This document shows, one piece after another, positions 51,501 to 54,311 of a DNA stretch of 54,311 nucleotides (its first letter is position 1; every line of letters starts with the position of its first letter). The notes below the pieces were generated by a model that saw only the letters and a program-made list of their open reading frames with translations, did no database searches and had not been told where the DNA came from. The translations under genes and the position numbers were made by a program. Origin of the DNA: an uncultured delta proteobacterium (GTDB lineage Bacteria; Myxococcota; Myxococcia; Myxococcales; Anaeromyxobacteraceae); the NCBI GenBank assembly GCA_963845515.1, contig CAWJSR010000024.1, forward strand, positions 1 through 54,311, read 5' to 3'.

Positions 51501-53214
51501 ACTCCTCCGGCCCCTTGCGGGTGATCCCGATGCTCGTCTTCGACGCCACCGCTCCGGGCGGAATGTCGATCGAGACGTCGGTCCCGAGCGTGATCTTGCC
51601 CCCCTTCGTCGGATCCGCGCTGCCCCATGACGTCTGGTTCTCGCTTCCGAATCGCAGGTCCTGGGATGCGAGCCCCAACCCCGAGCCGCCGCCGAGGATC
51701 TCCGCCTCGTGGTCGTCGTCGAGGTGGACGGCGCGCGTCGCCGTGCTTCCATCCGGGAAGCGAGCCGTCACGGTGACCGTCCAGCCGTCCGTCGCCGTGA
51801 TCGGTCGATCGAGTGCGATCCCGAACGCCCCATTCACGCCGACGGTCGCACCGTCGATCTCGATCGTCCCCGCGCCTGAGGGCGACTCCGCCCAGCCGGC
51901 GATATAGGCGTGGTCACCGAACCGTTCCCCCAGCATCATCCCTTGCTGGACCTGGAGCGCAGGATAGGTGAGGACGATCCGGGGCGCGCCGACGCGGGGA
52001 CCCACGCCGCTGCCCGTGAGCCGAACCTCCGAAACCAGCGCCACCGGGACGCCGCTGCGGGCCGTCCCCCCGAACGTGAGCTGTGCCGCCTGCGGCGCGA
52101 GCCCCACGAGAGGAAGCTGCGCAGCCGACTGCGTCAGGTCGAGCCCGGCCAGATCGGTCCAGGTCGCGCCGTCGAAGGCTCCTACCGAGGAGAGATGCGC
52201 AGGGGTCGCGCCCATCTGGATGGATGCGCCGTCGACTTCGATGGTCCGATCGAACCCCAACTCCATCCGCCCCGCGTCCACCGCGAGGTTCGTGGCACCG
52301 TCCCCGTCGACGACCTTCGCCCACTGATCGTGCGTTTCGCGCGCGAAGAGATCCATGCCGTTGTCGAGGACGAGCACCAGGCGCAGCCCGCTGACGGCGA
52401 TGGCGTCCGTGGCGTCGTCAGGGATGCATAGGCTCACCGTGTCGGACGTCCCCATCAGGCGCTCGGGATCGATCTCGTCGACCAGGGTTCCCGGCTGGCT
52501 CGCCGGCGGCAGCCAGAACCCTCCGGAGGCGGGCTGGGCATCGATGCTGCGGGAGAGGACCACCGCGCGCCGTGCCGTCGATTCGTAGACGAGGTACGCG
52601 CGCCGCGCCGCGCGCGGGTCCGAGGCCGGCAGCGTCGCTTCGAGGCAGGTCGGCCCCGCGCTTCCGGGCTGCAGCGTCATGGAGTTGGGGGTCGCGTGGA
52701 GGACGACCGCGTCCTCGAAGGCCGCATCGTGGCTCCTGGTCGCCTCGGCCAATGCCCGCACGTCGCGCGGGGCCTGCGGGAGCCCTGCGCCCCACAGCTC
52801 GATCTCACCGACCGTCGCACCTCCCGCGATCGGCGTCATCGTCACCGTCAGCTTGCTAGACGTGGTGGGCGAAGACAGCTCCAGCGTCCCCCACGCCGCG
52901 GTCCCATCGCGGACGTGATCCGGCGCGCCGTCCACGCTGACCCGCACCCCCGCCGCGTAGACCTTCACGCGGCGAAATTCGACGGCGTGAGGCGTGCTCA
53001 GCGTGAAAACAGTCGGCTGCCCGATCGCGACGGAGGTCGCAGTGTCACGATCCACGAGCATGGGCGTGCTCGCCCCGGTCGCGCCCGTCGCGGCCGCCAG
53101 GTTGCCGAGGCGGATTGTCGGCAGCGGGTTCGACCGTGCTTGCTCCTTGCACGCGAACGACGATGCAAGCACCGAGAGGAATGCGGGGAGCAGGAGCGAA
53201 CGTCGGTGAGTCAT
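42503..53214 (-). CDS. Giant SpvB/TcdB-like + FG-GAP + RHS polymorphic toxin with TreTu-like tip, about 3570 aa; split by two single-base insertions (about 46332 and 44725)
   Basis: Lipobox SFAC; ZU5-like region with THFT; SpvB GTAQLVLPIRLP...YDSGAGDGWVGVGWDL; DVDGDGLPD repeats; YD repeats; core YYHADHLGS...YYPYGE...FTSKELDEETGLYYFGARYYDP; PIRFVDPDG; the 10712-nt span minus 2 nt gives one frame. Confidence 0.93.
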
Positions 53215-53227
53215 CGGGAGACCCCGT

Positions 53228-54310
53228 TCATGGAGCGGTGAAGCTCGAAGGCTGGAAGGTGTTCTCGGAGACGGCCACCTGCGTCGGGACCGCGCCACCA
53301 ATCATGTCCGCGTCGGTCGCATCGACGTAGACGTCGTAGGTCGAACCGGAAGCGAACGTGCCCTGCGGGAAGGTGGCGGTCGAGCCGTTCCTCCACTGGC
53401 TGGCGACGTAGGCGCCCGTAACGTGATCCCACGCGCTCACGAGGTAGCTCTGCGCTCCCGTCACGGCGGACCAGCTCACGGTCGCGGAGCCCTGGGTCCC
53501 GCCGCTCGCGCTCACGCTTCCCGGGATGCCGAGCGAGGCCGGCGTCCCCAGCGTGAAGGAGCCCGCGAGCGTCTCCGAGCCAGACGTCGCGGTGAAGGAG
53601 TAGATCCCCGGCATCGCGGGGACGTCGTACGACCAGAACAGCTGGCGAGGCAGGTTCGCCCCGTAGGTCGTCGACAGGGGGGCTGACACCGGCAGGCCGG
53701 GTCCGATGACCTGCACGGTCCAGGAGATCGTAGAGGCGGACCCGTCGGACTGCGCGATCGCGAGCCAGAAGGCGAGCCCCGGCGTCAGCCCCGAGTAGTC
53801 GATGGCCCCCCCCGCGGCGACCGCAGTGAACGCGGGCGTGCCTTCCGCAGAGCGTGAGAAGGCGAGGTAACCTTCGGACACGTCGAAACGCGCCGGGAGC
53901 GGAGGCACTTGAGAACTAGTCGCCGCGAGCGCCGCGGGGTCAGCCGAGTAGGCCCGCACCGCCGCCTCGTAGCTTCCTTGCGGAAGCTCACTGACCGTGC
54001 AGGTAGTGCCGGTGCCAAGCGCCGACCTCTGGAGCGCGCCTTCCGAGTAGACCAGGCATTCGTAGTTGGCGGATCCCGGGACCGCGGCCCAGCTCAGCGT
54101 CGTCCCATCTGCGGAGAGCGATATACGCGGGACGTCCAACGTGCCCCCATCCGCAAGCGAGAAGGACACGCTCGACCCCGACCCGCTCTCGGGGGCAAGC
54201 GCCACGTCGTAGCTCCCCGGCGAAGCCACGACATCGGGCCATAGGAGCGCGGACCAGGAGGCCGACCCTGGAGCGTCGTACTGAACGGTGTTCAGCTCGC
54301 AGCAATGCGT
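53228..54310 (-). CDS. Fibronectin type III-like beta-sandwich repeat protein, 5' end beyond the window
   Basis: TLSWAAVPGSANY and TVSWSAVTGAQSYLVS FN3-like strands; frame open to the window edge; stop 13 nt before the toxin ATG. Confidence 0.7.
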   Translation of the reverse strand, partial: THCCELNTVQYDAPGSASWSALLWPDVVASPGSYDVALAPESGSGSSVSFSLADGGTLDVPRISLSADGTTLSWAAVPGSANYECLVYSEGALQRSALGTGTTCTVSELPQGSYEAAVRAYSADPAALAATSSQVPPLPARFDVSEGYLAFSRSAEGTPAFTAVAAGGAIDYSGLTPGLAFWLAIAQSDGSASTISWTVQVIGPGLPVSAPLSTTYGANLPRQLFWSYDVPAMPGIYSFTATSGSETLAGSFTLGTPASLGIPGSVSASGGTQGSATVSWSAVTGAQSYLVSAWDHVTGAYVASQWRNGSTATFPQGTFASGSTYDVYVDATDADMIGGAVPTQVAVSENTFQPSSFTAP

Positions 54311-54311
54311 C

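Noticed and set aside
1..54311. CRISPR array, rRNA, prophage or intact transposase/integrase
   Set aside because: No regularly spaced repeats or recognisable genes of these kinds were seen

Overview
GC-rich window whose gene content and order suggest Myxococcota (Anaeromyxobacter-like); this is an inference. The housekeeping backbone holds a decaheme MtrC/OmcA-like cytochrome with a parvulin, a bamB/yfgM/der/era cluster, two cyclophilins, rnc, meaB and a B12-binding subunit, ilvC, lepB, tRNA-Met, yjjJ, a TonB-dependent receptor, Mla/MCE ABC genes, an RluA synthase, an M16 peptidase pair, a cN-II nucleotidase, a scramblase and tRNA-Sec. Two accessory regions each lie on the 3' side of a tRNA. 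(i) 16.4-20.2 kb holds a Kelch-like gene, an internally deleted Y1-transposase remnant and tightly packed lower-GC orphan secreted/lipoprotein genes that resemble an immunity array. (ii) 41-54.3 kb is a polymorphic toxin locus. Its core is a ~3570-aa protein with a lipoprotein signal, a ZU5/HFT module, SpvB, FG-GAP and RHS regions (a TcB-TcC-like fusion), ending in a clear TreTu-like (EF-Tu ADP-ribosyltransferase) tip. It is followed by a TriTu-like immunity gene and an orphan HExxH metallopeptidase tip with its own lipoprotein immunity gene. This non-T6SS carrier for TreTu is the most notable system. About a dozen single-base frameshifts, including one in essential der, point to long-read indel errors rather than true pseudogenes. 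All family calls come from motif recognition by eye; no searches were run.
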